Positions 11,291 through 22,947 of a stretch of 45,725 nt of DNA are shown here, in pieces. The notes below the pieces were generated by a model. It was not told the origin of the DNA, did not search any database, and worked only from the letters and a program-made list of their open reading frames with translations. The DNA comes from Octopus bimaculoides. Lineage: Eukaryota. A program made the position numbers and the translations under genes. The DNA lies in assembly GCF_001194135.2 (NCBI RefSeq), contig NC_068990.1, positions 1,958,864 through 2,004,588 of the forward strand, read 5' to 3'. Within the stretch, counting starts at the first letter, position 1. The number at the start of each line of letters is the position of its first letter.

Positions 11291-11912
11291 ATGGAACAAA
11301 AAGAAATGTGAAAGATGAATGAAGAACAGATTTAAATGCTCTTGATTAAGAAACGCCTAAAAACAACAAAATGTGTCAATGAGTCTCATTCTGAATTGAA
11401 AATATTCACCTCAAACCTTTTTTTTCTGAAACAGATTTGTCAGAGGAGACAAAAATGAAATTGGCTGTCATTAGAATCATGGTTCGCTAGATTGAAAACG
11501 ATTTCTTCGTGAGGTTATCAAAGGTCAGCAGTTTGGCTATACTTGTGATCTACAATCCCGGCCGCCCTATCTAAAAATATTATTTCCAAGTGTTGTTCCC
11601 ATAATATTCTAATATCACGAGTGTTGGCTCGTTACAGATTACTACGTCATTGAATTCGCTTGTACCACATTCCTGACAAAGTTATTAGTTAATCCTTATC
11701 TTTCTTTTTTTAGGGGTGATTGTGGGGGTGGGGGTGAATTTATAGCAACGCCTATTTTCTTTTAATTATTCTTCATATTTGATTTCTGCTTGACACTACA
11801 CTTAAAAGGCAACTTGAAATGATATTCTTCAATTAGTTAAAGTTTAATTTTCCAGATTCTTGGTTCAATCCCTATTCTAGCTAAAGAATGTAACCTGATG
11901 AAGGTTGGAGAC

Positions 11913-11969
<57 letters not shown>

Positions 11970-12487
11970 TACAACAATAATCCTAAGGCATGATTGTTTT
12001 CAATAAATAGTGAACTCAACAGGTCATCAGTTACTGCTGCTATATTTATCAGTTGCACGGTTTTGTTGACTGAATAGATAAGTGCTACTTTCTTCTGGTG
12101 ACCTTTTCATTGTTTCTGTTGGTATAGTGTATAGCATCTCAAATATTGGTTGGCTTGTTTATTTGTTTGGGTTCCTTCGCTGTTCTATGATGTGTTATTT
12201 CGTTTCGAAATATTTTTTTCAAACTCCAGAAATGATGTTTTGTTCTGATGTTTACATGATATGATCGCCCCAGAATGCTTATTCATCACGTTTTCCCGGG
12301 ATGTGACTATTTTCGTGGTTTCTTCTAGGACTAGGTTCCTTTTATGTATGTATATATATATATATATATATATNNNNNNNNNNNNNNNNNNNNNNNNNNN
12401 NNNNNNNNNNNNNNNNNNNNNNNNNNNNNNNNNNNNNNNNNNNNNNNNNNNNNNNNNNNNNNNNNNNNNNNNNNNNNNNNNNNNNNN

Positions 12488-12559
<72 letters not shown>

Positions 12560-12877
12560 GTAAGATTTGAACTCAAAAGCCATTACAAGGTTTCAACACT
12601 CTCGAACAGTAAACCACACAGCCACAGAGTTTCGTATGATTGCTGATCCGTTCTCATAAACTTAAAATAAGTAAGCTTCGTTTATACTAGGAGACTCGTA
12701 TGATTTTTTTGTACTTGGCAGTATAGATATACAGAGAATAGATATAAAGAAAACCCATTAACAAAGCAGCAACAGCAGAGGTTTGCTACCATTTAGGATA
12801 TTGATTGAGGTTTAAGAAAATATTTACATATATATATATAGTTTATCCTTCAGCAATAAAGTAAGTCAAGGCGTGTA

Positions 12878-12908
<31 letters not shown>

Positions 12909-13880
12909 ACTAGTTTTAAATAGACAGGATGACGTGTTTATGTTCCGTTTTTTCTCCCAATAATGATCACTTACACTGGCATAAAGCCATAGGTTCAGTA
13001 CAAAAGTAGGATGTTTGCAGTGCTAGTGTTGTTCTTATCTTTTGAATTTATTTTCTTCGTGCATCACTGGTATTTCTACCAACTGGTGATTAAAATAAAA
13101 TGAAAAAAAAAAAGAACTCAAAAAGCAATCTGAGCTCACATCTGTCGGATTTGAACTCAGTACAAGTACTCAGAAAAACAGAGAAAAAAAAGTAAACAAA
13201 ATACTGCAAGTTATTTCATCTGGTCTACCCATCGTCTTGACTAATTTTAGATTTGAGCCAGTATTCGACTCTGTCCAAACAGTTATCTTCCAAGACATCT
13301 GACCTAACGATATTTTTACCCAGTGACTTTCTCCGTTTACAGACAGTGTGTCCGGCAGAACTTCATTCAATACATCCGAAAAATTTTAATGTGCGATCAA
13401 GAAGCAAATTGAAACTAAATGATAAACAAACAAACAGAAATAAACACAAACAAACAAACAGTGGAATCAGTGATTTTCTTCTTGTCTTATATATATTTTA
13501 TTATCTCTTCGAAAAATTGCGCTTGTAATAAAATACATCATTATTTTTATATGCTATTAATCACAAATCGTATAATATTGGTTTATAAATCACGATGTAA
13601 AAAGAAAGATGATTAAACTCGTTCTTTGTTGGTTTTGTTTTTACTTTTTGTTTTTATTTTACAAATAGTAAACACTAAACAAGCAGATAAAATAGGCTAA
13701 ATTAGAAAGAAAATCTAAAGAAAATACAAACATATAAGAAAATAAAGATACGTCAGCTAAATCACTTCAGTCTTTATATATTTTTAAAGATTTATTCGGA
13801 ATGGTACATAACTTTCGGAAAATATGAAACTTATGACGAAGTATTTTCTGTTTTATTGTTGGCACAGTTTTTTCATATAT

Positions 13881-14365
13881 GCGCAGTTGTGGCTGTGTAG
13901 TAAGATACTTGCTTCCAAACCACATGGTTCCAGGTTCAGTCCCACTGCGTGGAACCTTGGCTAGGTGTCTTCTACTATAGCCTCGGGTCGACTAAGACAT
14001 TGAGAATAGATTTGGTAGACGGAAACTGAAAGAAGCTCGTCATATATATATATATATATATATATATANNNNNNNNNNNNNNNNNNNNNNNNNNNNNNNN
14101 NNNNNNNNNNNNNNNNNNNNNNNNNNNNNNNNNNNNNNNNNNNNNATATATATATGAATGTGTGTGTGTGTGTGTGTCTTTGTGTCTGTCCCCCACTCCC
14201 TTGACAAACGTTGCTGGTGTGTTTACGTCGACCTAACTTAGTGTTTCGGTAAAAAAAAATTAGATCGATAAGAATAAGTACCAACTTAAAGAAATAAGCC
14301 CCGACTAAAACCCTTCAAGGCAGTGCCCCAACATGGCCACAGTGAAATGACTGAAGCAAGTAAAA
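13881..14365 (+). mobile_element. tRNA-derived SINE family D with an internal (TA)n/(TG)n tract
   Basis: tRNA-like head gtggctgtgtagtaag...ggttcagtcccactg, body to 14040, then microsatellite and gap, then 3' part ending aaaacccttcaaggcagtgccccaacatggccacagt...tgactgaagcaagtaaaa. The 3' part matches 21330-21535 (reverse complement) and 45318-45365. Confidence 0.8.
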
Positions 14366-14381
14366 CATAAATGGAAAGCTA

Positions 14382-14418
14382 CATCCATCCATCCATCCAT
14401 CCATCCATCCATCCATCC
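14382..14418. repeat. (CATC)n tetranucleotide repeat
   Basis: Read directly. Confidence 0.95.
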
Positions 14419-15054
14419 CTAAATACATGCATACATACATAGTCTCTCTTCTAATTGTGGATCGATCGAATCTTGCTCACCGCCTCTCGATTCAAGTGTG
14501 ACCTAGATGCCATACTTCATATAATGCCTTCATGTTTGTTTTCTTAAATCCTTTAAGACATCATGTTTGCTTGAATTTCTCTTTACGAATTTTTATCCAT
14601 TTCTAATATCCTAATAATCTTCAAAGTACACTTTCTATGTTAATATATTACATAGTCACTCCCTATATTACATAAAACATGGAACTTGCTCATACTATTT
14701 TCATAACATATGATGGTCATTTACTGCACTATCTAGAATTTTCGCCATTTGCTGATCTTGTTTAGTTTTTCTCTTCTCTCTCTCTCCTTCTTTCTCTTCT
14801 TCTCTCCCTCTCTCCCTCTCTCAATATTCCTCTCTGTCTCACTCTCACTGACATACACATGCATACATAGTGTATGCTTGTGTGCATATATACAGACACA
14901 AATGTACATAAATGCATGTATATATTGTATATAAAAATACGTACTTTAGTACATACATGTGTGTATGTGTGCGTATGTGTGTACGTTTATATATGTGTAA
15001 GTATGTGCGTATATATATATGAGTATGTATATATATATATATGTGTATACACAT

Positions 15055-15086
<32 letters not shown>

Positions 15087-15121
15087 AAACACATAATTAT
15101 AAATATATCTACACATATATA

Positions 15122-15770
15122 TTGAGTCATTCCATAAATAATGCGTTTTTAATACTTCTTTTATTTTTTAAAATTAAGATAAACAAACTTCCTTTTTAAT
15201 CTAAAATATACTCTCCTGCATTTTCTACAATGTTCTTCCATCTATCAGGTAGACTTGCAAGACCCCTCTTCTAAAATTCAATTGTCCGGACCGAAAAGTA
15301 CTCTTCCAGTACTATTCTGACCTCGTCTATAGAATTCATATTTTTTCCGTCCAAATGATTTTGAAGACTGTTGAATAAATGATAATCAGATGGGGCAATG
15401 TCCGGCGAATATGGTCGGTGGTGCATCGTTTCCCAGTCAGGCGTCTCCAGCCTTTGGAATGTCATCCTCGCTGTATGTGGTCGAGCATTATCCTGATGGA
15501 AGAACACCTTTCGTCTTGAAACCAAAGATGGTCGTTTTTCTTCTACCGCTGACTCAAGTCGCTCAAGCTGCTCGCAGTAGATCTCCTTTGTTATCGTTTG
15601 GTTTGGGTTTAAAAGTTCAAAGTGGACTAAACTTTTCATATCCCACCAAGAATAAGTACATGGTAAAGTTAATAACTGCTTTTGTAGCATGTTAGTTCAG
15701 ATAGTTTATCCCGTTCCCCTCCGAATTTGAGTTCATGCAATTAAAAAAAAGCATTTTTTATGAAATGGCT

Positions 15771-15773
<3 letters not shown>
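15122..15773 (-). mobile_element. Internally deleted non-autonomous mariner (652 bp) with both TIRs and TA target duplications
   Basis: TA|TTGAGTCATTCCATAAATAATGCGTTTTT at 15122 and the inverted AAAAAAGCATTTTTTATGAAATGGCTCAA|TA ending at 15773. Carries a transposase C-terminal ORF. Confidence 0.93.
15271..15690 (-). pseudogene. Truncated mariner transposase, C-terminal catalytic half with D34D spacing
   Basis: WWDMKSLVHFELL, HQDNARPHTA and YSPDIAPSDYHLF. I count 34 residues between the two Asp. The HTH domains and first Asp are absent, and a premature stop follows EF. Confidence 0.92.
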
Positions 15774-15819
<46 letters not shown>

Positions 15820-15829
15820 NNNNNNNNNN

Positions 15830-15867
<38 letters not shown>

Positions 15868-16564
15868 ATACACACACATACACACAGTGTCAGCGAGCGG
15901 CCACTAACGTTATTATTTTTAGGAATAATAATGTTCTCTTATATTCATACTTATATATGTATACACCCCCATATACATATACATTTATATCTGTGTATGT
16001 GCGTGTGTGCGTGTGTGTTTGTCNNNNNNNNNNNATATATATATATATATATATACATGTATATTTATCATGAACGTAGGTTTTTATGTATGAATCTATG
16101 CATGCGTGTGTGTGTGTTCGTGTTTGTGTGTGTGTGAGTTTGTGAGTGTGTGCGTGTCCAAGTCTTTATATTTGAGTATCTAGTGATATATTTGTGTTAT
16201 ATCGAAAAAATCTGCAATGGCATCTACATTAATCCAGCTATAAATGTTGCAATAACGATGTTCGAGAGCCAAGATCTCCGTCCATTTTATATTGACGACT
16301 TAAGAAACCAAGCCTTTTAAAACAGAAATTTATTGTTTTGTTTCTATTTACTAAGATTCACCTCATCCATAATGCATGATTCTGGTGTTAATGCACCGAT
16401 TCCTTTATATTGGTCAATTTTGAAATGTATCCACAAATGTCTCATGTATAGCTTGCTGTTGTAGTAGCAATTTGTCATCTTTTGTCAGAAATCGGTTAGT
16501 TTTCAGGGTGGGTTTCTGCCCCGGGTATAAAAGTTATCGGTATTGACCATATATTGTCAGTCCT

Positions 16565-17370
16565 CAATCGATCGAATTTCCTCAAATACTCATTTAATAA
16601 ATTTCGATACTATAGGTTGATTGATCGAATTTCATAAGACAGACAATTACCCGTATTTCATCAAACAGACAGCTGATGGAATTTCATCAGCCCGTCAGAA
16701 TTTTTATAGACTATAGAAGAGGCTTCAGTGTAGGTTAAATACGATAAGCTACAGTATCGACTTAACTTACTTGTTATGAAAAGTAAAATACAACCTAAGT
16801 TGACGGGGACAGATCTGCGAATTTTCTGAGCCTGACAGTTGAGATCGAATTTGATTGAACGGACAACTGATCGAATTTGATCCAATTTGATTCAGCGAGT
16901 TTCTCAGACGAGCAGTTGATCGAGGGTCACTTGAGAGGGTCAGTTGATCGAATCTTATTTGATGAACAGTCGATCAAATTTCATTAAACGGACAACCGAT
17001 TGAAAATTTTAACTGGACAGTTCTCGAATTTGACGTGACAGAAAGTTGATCGACTTTCATGAGATGGGCAGTCGATTGAATTCCACCAAATGGACAAGTG
17101 ATCGAATTTCATCGAACAGTGACAATTGATTAAATTTCATCCAACAGACAGGGGCTTCGATTTCATCAAAAGAGCAGTTGATCAAATTTGGTGAGACAAA
17201 CAGGTGACCGAATTTCATCAGATGGACAATTGCTCGAATTTCTTTTAACTGATGGTTGATCCAACTTTCTCTTTGGGCATATGATCAATTTCTGTCAAAT
17301 TGACAGCTGATCGAATTTTAACACTCGGACGTTTGTCCTAATTTCAGCAAATATGTGCTGGTCGAATATA
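16565..17370. repeat. Degenerate minisatellite, about 26 units of about 26 bp, consensus near GACAGTTGATCGAATTTCATCAAACG
   Basis: GATCGAATTT-like anchors at 16843, 16869, 16893, 16918, 16946, 16972, 16998, 17022, 17048, 17074, 17100, 17128, 17155, 17180, 17206, 17232, 17258, 17283, 17309, 17335 and 17360, plus upstream units at 16570, 16623 and 16675. Confidence 0.92.
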
Positions 17371-18774
17371 ATGGACTATGGCATATACTATAGACTATAG
17401 GCTAGGGTATAAACTACATCTATAGACTTATTTGAATAGGTATTTTTTTTGTTTTGCATTCAAGAAATCTTGGATTCAATCACATTGCATCTCGGGATGG
17501 TGTGATTTTCTGTTGGCTCGAATCGACTCGATCCCTATGATTGAAATTGGATTTATGGAAACTGCGTGGAAGATTTTACGTTTGAGTAGAGTAGAAATGT
17601 AATTCAATGATGTAAATCTGCCATATTGATTCTGCTTGAGAATAACGTTAAATATGCATACCTTTGTGGGATACTCAACCACTTATATTTAAATTCAATG
17701 AATTGGCCTTTCTGATAAAATTCTTAGAATACTCACACTTAAAACGAAAGGGTATAGATTCATCGAATGTGACTTCATGTCAAAGAAAATTCATATGTGA
17801 ACTAAGATATAACATTTCTATATATAAAATCTTTATGTATGCCCTTTTCCCTCAGAACATATAATCGTTGTTGCTATATACTTTATATAAAGCTTTAATC
17901 TTCTATTTACAAACACGGAGACCGCACTCGCAATATGGCTGTTGGCGTTGTTTTCGAAAAGTTCAATGATTGATATTCATTGAACGCCTCAAACCATATT
18001 TTAACCGATATAAGCTGCGTGACGCAAGAAAATCACGGAAGCTATAAAAATACAGAAATACAACTCCAAAATAATCAAAGAACTCCTTTTCCGGTTTGCC
18101 GGAGATGCCTAGAATTAACAGTTAAACTTTCACATCAATACAGTTATTCGTGATTCTTGATCACTATTAACCAATAACTACACACGTCACGAATAACCAT
18201 TTCATTCACCGGGAAAGTCTGGAAACCATTTTGGATCAAAATGCATTACTTTTCCAAACAAAATCTGTAGTAAGGAACACAAGAACCTTGATACAAAAGA
18301 TCAAACTTGAAGACATTCTTTATTTTAAGATGTATAAAAAGTGTATTTTTGAGTCTATTGCGGTTGTCGTATATGAAATAAAATTGGATGGAAAATGAAT
18401 CAAAGATGCTAACCATATGAAAAATATAGTTAAATTAGTGCTAATATAGAGAGCATTCAAGCAACGATATTCACTAAACACATAAGCCTTACGTTACGTT
18501 ATAACCACGTTACATTCCTTAACAGTAAGCCTATATTGTGCTGTAAAAACTTAATAAAACAATAAAGCAACCGTATGTACGTTAGAGAGGTGTCGTTCGC
18601 CCGTTTAGTATTCCCAATAGCGCCTTGCGTACCTTCATAAGAGTCTAATGCTTCTAATATTGAAATTGGTTAATTTTAATTGTATTCATATGGAGTATGA
18701 ATGCTTTCGCTTTTCTTGATCTTCTAATTATTGATTAGAGCACATTTCACTATATGTGCACTTTTCTTGTTGGG

Positions 18775-18970
18775 TTTTCTTGTTCACCACGTTAGTTCCG
18801 ATGAAGCAAACTACAAATCAAAAGCATTCCAGTCATGGTCATCACATTTCTCGATGTCATTATTACATTCATTCGTCGTAGTTTAACGTGGTATTGCGTG
18901 AGAACATGAAGATTTTGCTACTGTTTCTAAGACGTCAAGGGACTGCAACGAGCCTTCCTCGTTGGATCGT
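18775..18970 (-). mobile_element. Retroposon family B copy
   Basis: caaatcaaaagcattccagtcatggtcatc...gattttgctactgtttcta...ttcctcgttgg. Confidence 0.6.
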
Positions 18971-20469
18971 CATCTATTTATAAACAGGTTCAATAGTGTA
19001 TTGAAATTCACTACTGTAATAGAAACACTATAATGTTATAGTCTTCATATAAGCATTGCTAGTTCGGAGACAGTATGCAACTGCTGTGGATAGCACTGGG
19101 GGGAAGCGATTTTTTTCACTTGCACCTCTAATATCCAATGAATTGCGAGACTTTCATAAGAAACAGTACTTCTCAATTCGATGGTGAAAGGAACCGTCTT
19201 TAAAACTATGCCTAAATTGTAATTCATGATATTTGACATATAAAATTGCTGTTGTTCTTATCTTATATTCATCTTATCGATCGGTGTCTTTTGCCTACCC
19301 CAGAGAGAAGTATTGTAAATTCCCAAATGTGTACAACACGAATTAGATGTCATGAACTGTATTCTTTTAGAGATGTAATCTCTAAAAGAATTCTTTCTAA
19401 TAATAATTTTGATTAGATACAGTCCGCTTTTCTAAAATATTACTCATGGAAGAAGCTGCGAAACATTGCGTTAAATGCGACTACCAGCTACACAATCTCG
19501 ATATACAATGGTCCTCAAATAAAACACACGTATCTTTCATGTGTGTGTGTTGTTACGATCTGTCTGCTATTCATTCCACAATCAAAAATTTTGAATATGA
19601 TATAAGTTCAATTTCAAGTTTTACGATTACTTTCAATCTTCTCTGACTGTTTGTTCACAAGTTCTGTTCTTTTATACCGTTTTGCAACTAAGCTCTTTTC
19701 CAAATACTATTGACGAATGAGTGGGATATATCTATAGACTCAAAATGTAAATGACAATTTTGAAATGTATACGAGCAAACAAGAAGAATGGCTTCATTCT
19801 AATTGCTTGCTGTCTAAATTCAATGCATCACAAATCACACAGTTCTCGAATGAATGTGTGTATATGTGTATCTGTGAAAGAGAAAAAGAAGAAGATACTG
19901 AGAGCGAGGGAAGAAGAACTAGATTGGAAATGAGAAATATATATTGATACATAAGAGGAAATGAGCGGAAGAGGTGAAATGAAGAGGATGTGAGGCATGC
20001 ATAGTTATCGAGCGAAGAATAGACGAAATCAAAGACAAAGAAACAATATAGTAAAGTCTACTATAAATGGAGGAAATATTGACCCACTAACACATTGTTC
20101 TTGTTGTTGTAGAGATTATTGGAATTGTGCTGTCATTGCTATTATAGCTGAATGATTACAGATACAGCTCCTAGTATACACATTACGGTGTTATATTGAA
20201 GGTTTGCTTCTGTATCCCTCATCGTTTCTGTTCATTTCAGTTTCTGTGAAATTTATAAACGGTCTAACAGTCTCTTAAACATACGATATTCATTGAGTAA
20301 TAAGGTTTTCAATCTTAACCTTATGGTAATGTTCGGTATATCCTGTTTGAATAGCCATAACATGATTGCAGATATCTTTAGAGTGTCCTATTACAGTAAT
20401 ATTCTTCTATAGAAATATTACTAATGCATTCTGCACACCATTTCCACCAGTTTCATAACTTCTCAATTA

Positions 20470-21130
20470 TTTATAGTTGTTGTTGCTGTTGTTGTCATTT
20501 AACCTCAGCTCAGGCTTCATCAAGTAAATTTATGATCGAAATAATTTCTGCTGAAAAGACTCCGTCTTCATATACAAGCACAGTGAATCTAGAACTGAAT
20601 TATGCAAGGTATCGTTTTTGTTTTAATGAGGGTAGGCTGTGGCTTTTAAGAAGCTTTGGTTGCTATTTATAACCAGACGATACAGGAAATACTTGTTGTT
20701 TAAGTCATCCCAGGCTTATATTATCTGTGATCAAAGACATTCAAGCCATGACTATCCCTCCTAAAGTTTCTAAAGTTTTTTACCCGTCGTGTATCTCGGA
20801 ATAATTCTCACATGCATTCTAATCTAAGATTATTGGGTACAGTTTAAGAGAGCTTTTTGCTATTATTTCTTGTTGGGCGATTAGATACGTAGAGACGGCA
20901 TTCTCGTTAACTCATTCAGTGAATAATTTTGGTTCCGCTTGATGCTATTTAGCCACAGGTCAATCGTAATTGAGCAGACCTATGATCAACGTAATTCTAG
21001 CCATGACCGTTCATTAATTTTAGAAATATTATCTACTATGATCTATCATCTCCCAAAAACTGTAGAGTTTGATTCGAGAGGAATTTGGTTGTTATTTCTA
21101 AAACGTCAAGTGCGCCAACTTAAGCTTCGA
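20470..21130 (-). mobile_element. Three head-to-tail copies of retroposon family B (about 20470-20680, 20690-20910, 20940-21130)
   Basis: Each begins on + with a gttgttg or gctattt tract, then a variant of gacctatgatcaa...attc(c/t)agccatgacc, and ends near tttgg(t/c)tg(c/t)tatttcta. Confidence 0.7.
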
Positions 21131-21179
21131 TTGTTGTTTCGTTCTATGTGTAATCTATGCATCCTGTTCGGATGAAATA

Positions 21180-21262
21180 GGGCGGCGAATTGGCCGAATT
21201 CTTAGGAGACTTGCGGCATTTATTCCTGCTCTCTGAGTTCGAATCACATCGATGTCAACTGC
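21180..21262 (+). mobile_element. SINE family A head, degenerate
   Basis: ggcggcgaattggccgaattcttagg...ctctgagttcgaatcacatcgatgtcaact. Confidence 0.6.
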
Positions 21263-21329
21263 CGAGAAATATGAAATATGAGTCAGGAATTAGTGTTGAT
21301 GCTTCGTTGTTCTCACTCAGAATTGGCCT

Positions 21330-21535
21330 CATCTTTTATTTACGTTAGTCATTAGACCGCGGCCATGATGGAGAGCACCGCGTAGAAGGGTTTTAGTCGA
21401 ACAAATCGTTCCTAGTGCTTTTTTTCTTTTAACGTCAAGCGTTTAATCTACTGGTCTCCTTTGCTGAACCACTAAATTACGGGAATGTCATCAAATCAAC
21501 ACCGATTCTCAAGCATTGTTAGGAACAAACACACA
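21330..21535 (-). mobile_element. 3' part of SINE family D
   Basis: Reverse complement of the 14170-14365 segment (gcggccatg...gagcaccgc...gaagggttttagtcg). Confidence 0.75.
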
Positions 21536-21536
21536 C

Positions 21537-21947
21537 TCATGACCATCTTTGCTTTCAAGACGAAAGGTGTTCTTCCATCAGGATAATGTTCGGCCAAATA
21601 CAGCGAAGATGACATTCCATGGGTGGAGCAGTTTGATAAACGATGCCCCACCCACCATATTCGCCGGACACTGCCCCATCTGATTATCATTTATTCTGCA
21701 GTCTTCAAAAGCATTTGGACGGAAAAAAATATGAATTCTGTAGATGAGGTCAGAACAGTATTGGAGGAGTATTTTTCGTCACGGACAAGTGGATTTTGGA
21801 AGAGGGGCCTTGAAAGTCTACCAGATAGACGTAAGAGCATTGTAGAAAATGCAGGAGAGTATATTTTAGATTAAAAAAGAACTTTGTGAATCTTGATTTA
21901 AAAAAATAAAAGTTTATAAACACCGCATTATTTATGGGATGACCCAA
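21537..21947 (+). mobile_element. 5'-truncated mariner of the same family as 15122-15773, with 3' TIR and TA
   Basis: Colinear with the reverse complement of 15122-15540 (roughly 85% identical by eye). Ends caccgcattatttatgggatgacccaa|ta. ORF 21623..21874 retains MNSVDEVRTVLEEYFSSRTSGFWKRGLESLPDR. Confidence 0.92.
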
Positions 21948-22299
21948 TACATATATATACACACATACACACACACTTTATCACTATGCATAAATGTACA
22001 TACATATATCAGCATATACTAGGCGCATATAGTTTTTATTTTCCTATATAAATATATATTCACACACACTTTTTCTCCCTTCCTCTTACCGTTTTTCTGA
22101 CTACATTTCCTCTTGATGGCCTTTTCTGTTAGAAGAAAAACCAATGTTTAAAACGCCAAAAGTAGTCTTTTATCTTTCCTTGCAAGCGTTAAACTAATAC
22201 CTGATTCGCACTATTATTCGCTTACGTCTGTATTGCTTTTTCAGTTGCTTTAATCGTTTTGTGATACATACATATATGTACGTAATCATATACACACGT

Positions 22300-22433
22300 A
22301 CGTTCACATGTAAATATATAGGTGCCGGAATGTAGATATACACACATATATGCATATGCATGGCACGCTCATATGCAAATATATATATATATATACACTC
22401 ATATATACACTTATGCACACACACATATGTGTG

Positions 22434-22512
<79 letters not shown>

Positions 22513-22545
22513 ACATATATATGTACACACACACAAACACGTTCT
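22300..22545. repeat. Long (TA)n tract within low-complexity TA/CA sequence
   Basis: Read directly. Confidence 0.93.
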
Positions 22546-22775
22546 TCATAAATATACAATCATGCATACATCATACGTACATATTTAGGAAATGCAAACT
22601 CTGCCACTTATATTTCTTTTTATCTCTGTGTACATAGATTCGACAAAGCACATATTTGCCCTCCCGTCAGTCTAATAGAATTAATTCTATTTAAGAGTTT
22701 GAATGCTGAAATAAAACTTGTATTGAATGTAAACACTACGAATTTTTTTTACTTTGATATTTATTATTCAGAAAC

Positions 22776-22947
22776 GAAGGTTATTTCATATTTATTTGTT
22801 GGTTTTGCTTTTTGTTTTCTTATTTATCTTGAACTATTTTTTGGGGGAAAAATGCTATCACGTTAAGATTATAATTGATAGTTTACAAGCTATAAGGGGT
22901 TGATAAATTCATAAATATTCACGTATGTATAGGTTAGATGTATAAAT
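22776..22947 (+). repeat. About 170-bp direct repeat, copy 1 (copy 2 at 24966-25132)
   Basis: gaaggttatttcatatt...gaaaaatgctatcacgttaa...tttacaagcta(t/c)aaggggttgataaattcataaatattcacgta...ttagatgtataaat occurs in both places. Confidence 0.93.

Noticed and set aside
16565-17370. CRISPR-like appearance of the 26-bp array
   Set aside because: Units are contiguous and mutually diverged with no unique spacers, there are no cas genes, and the context is eukaryotic.
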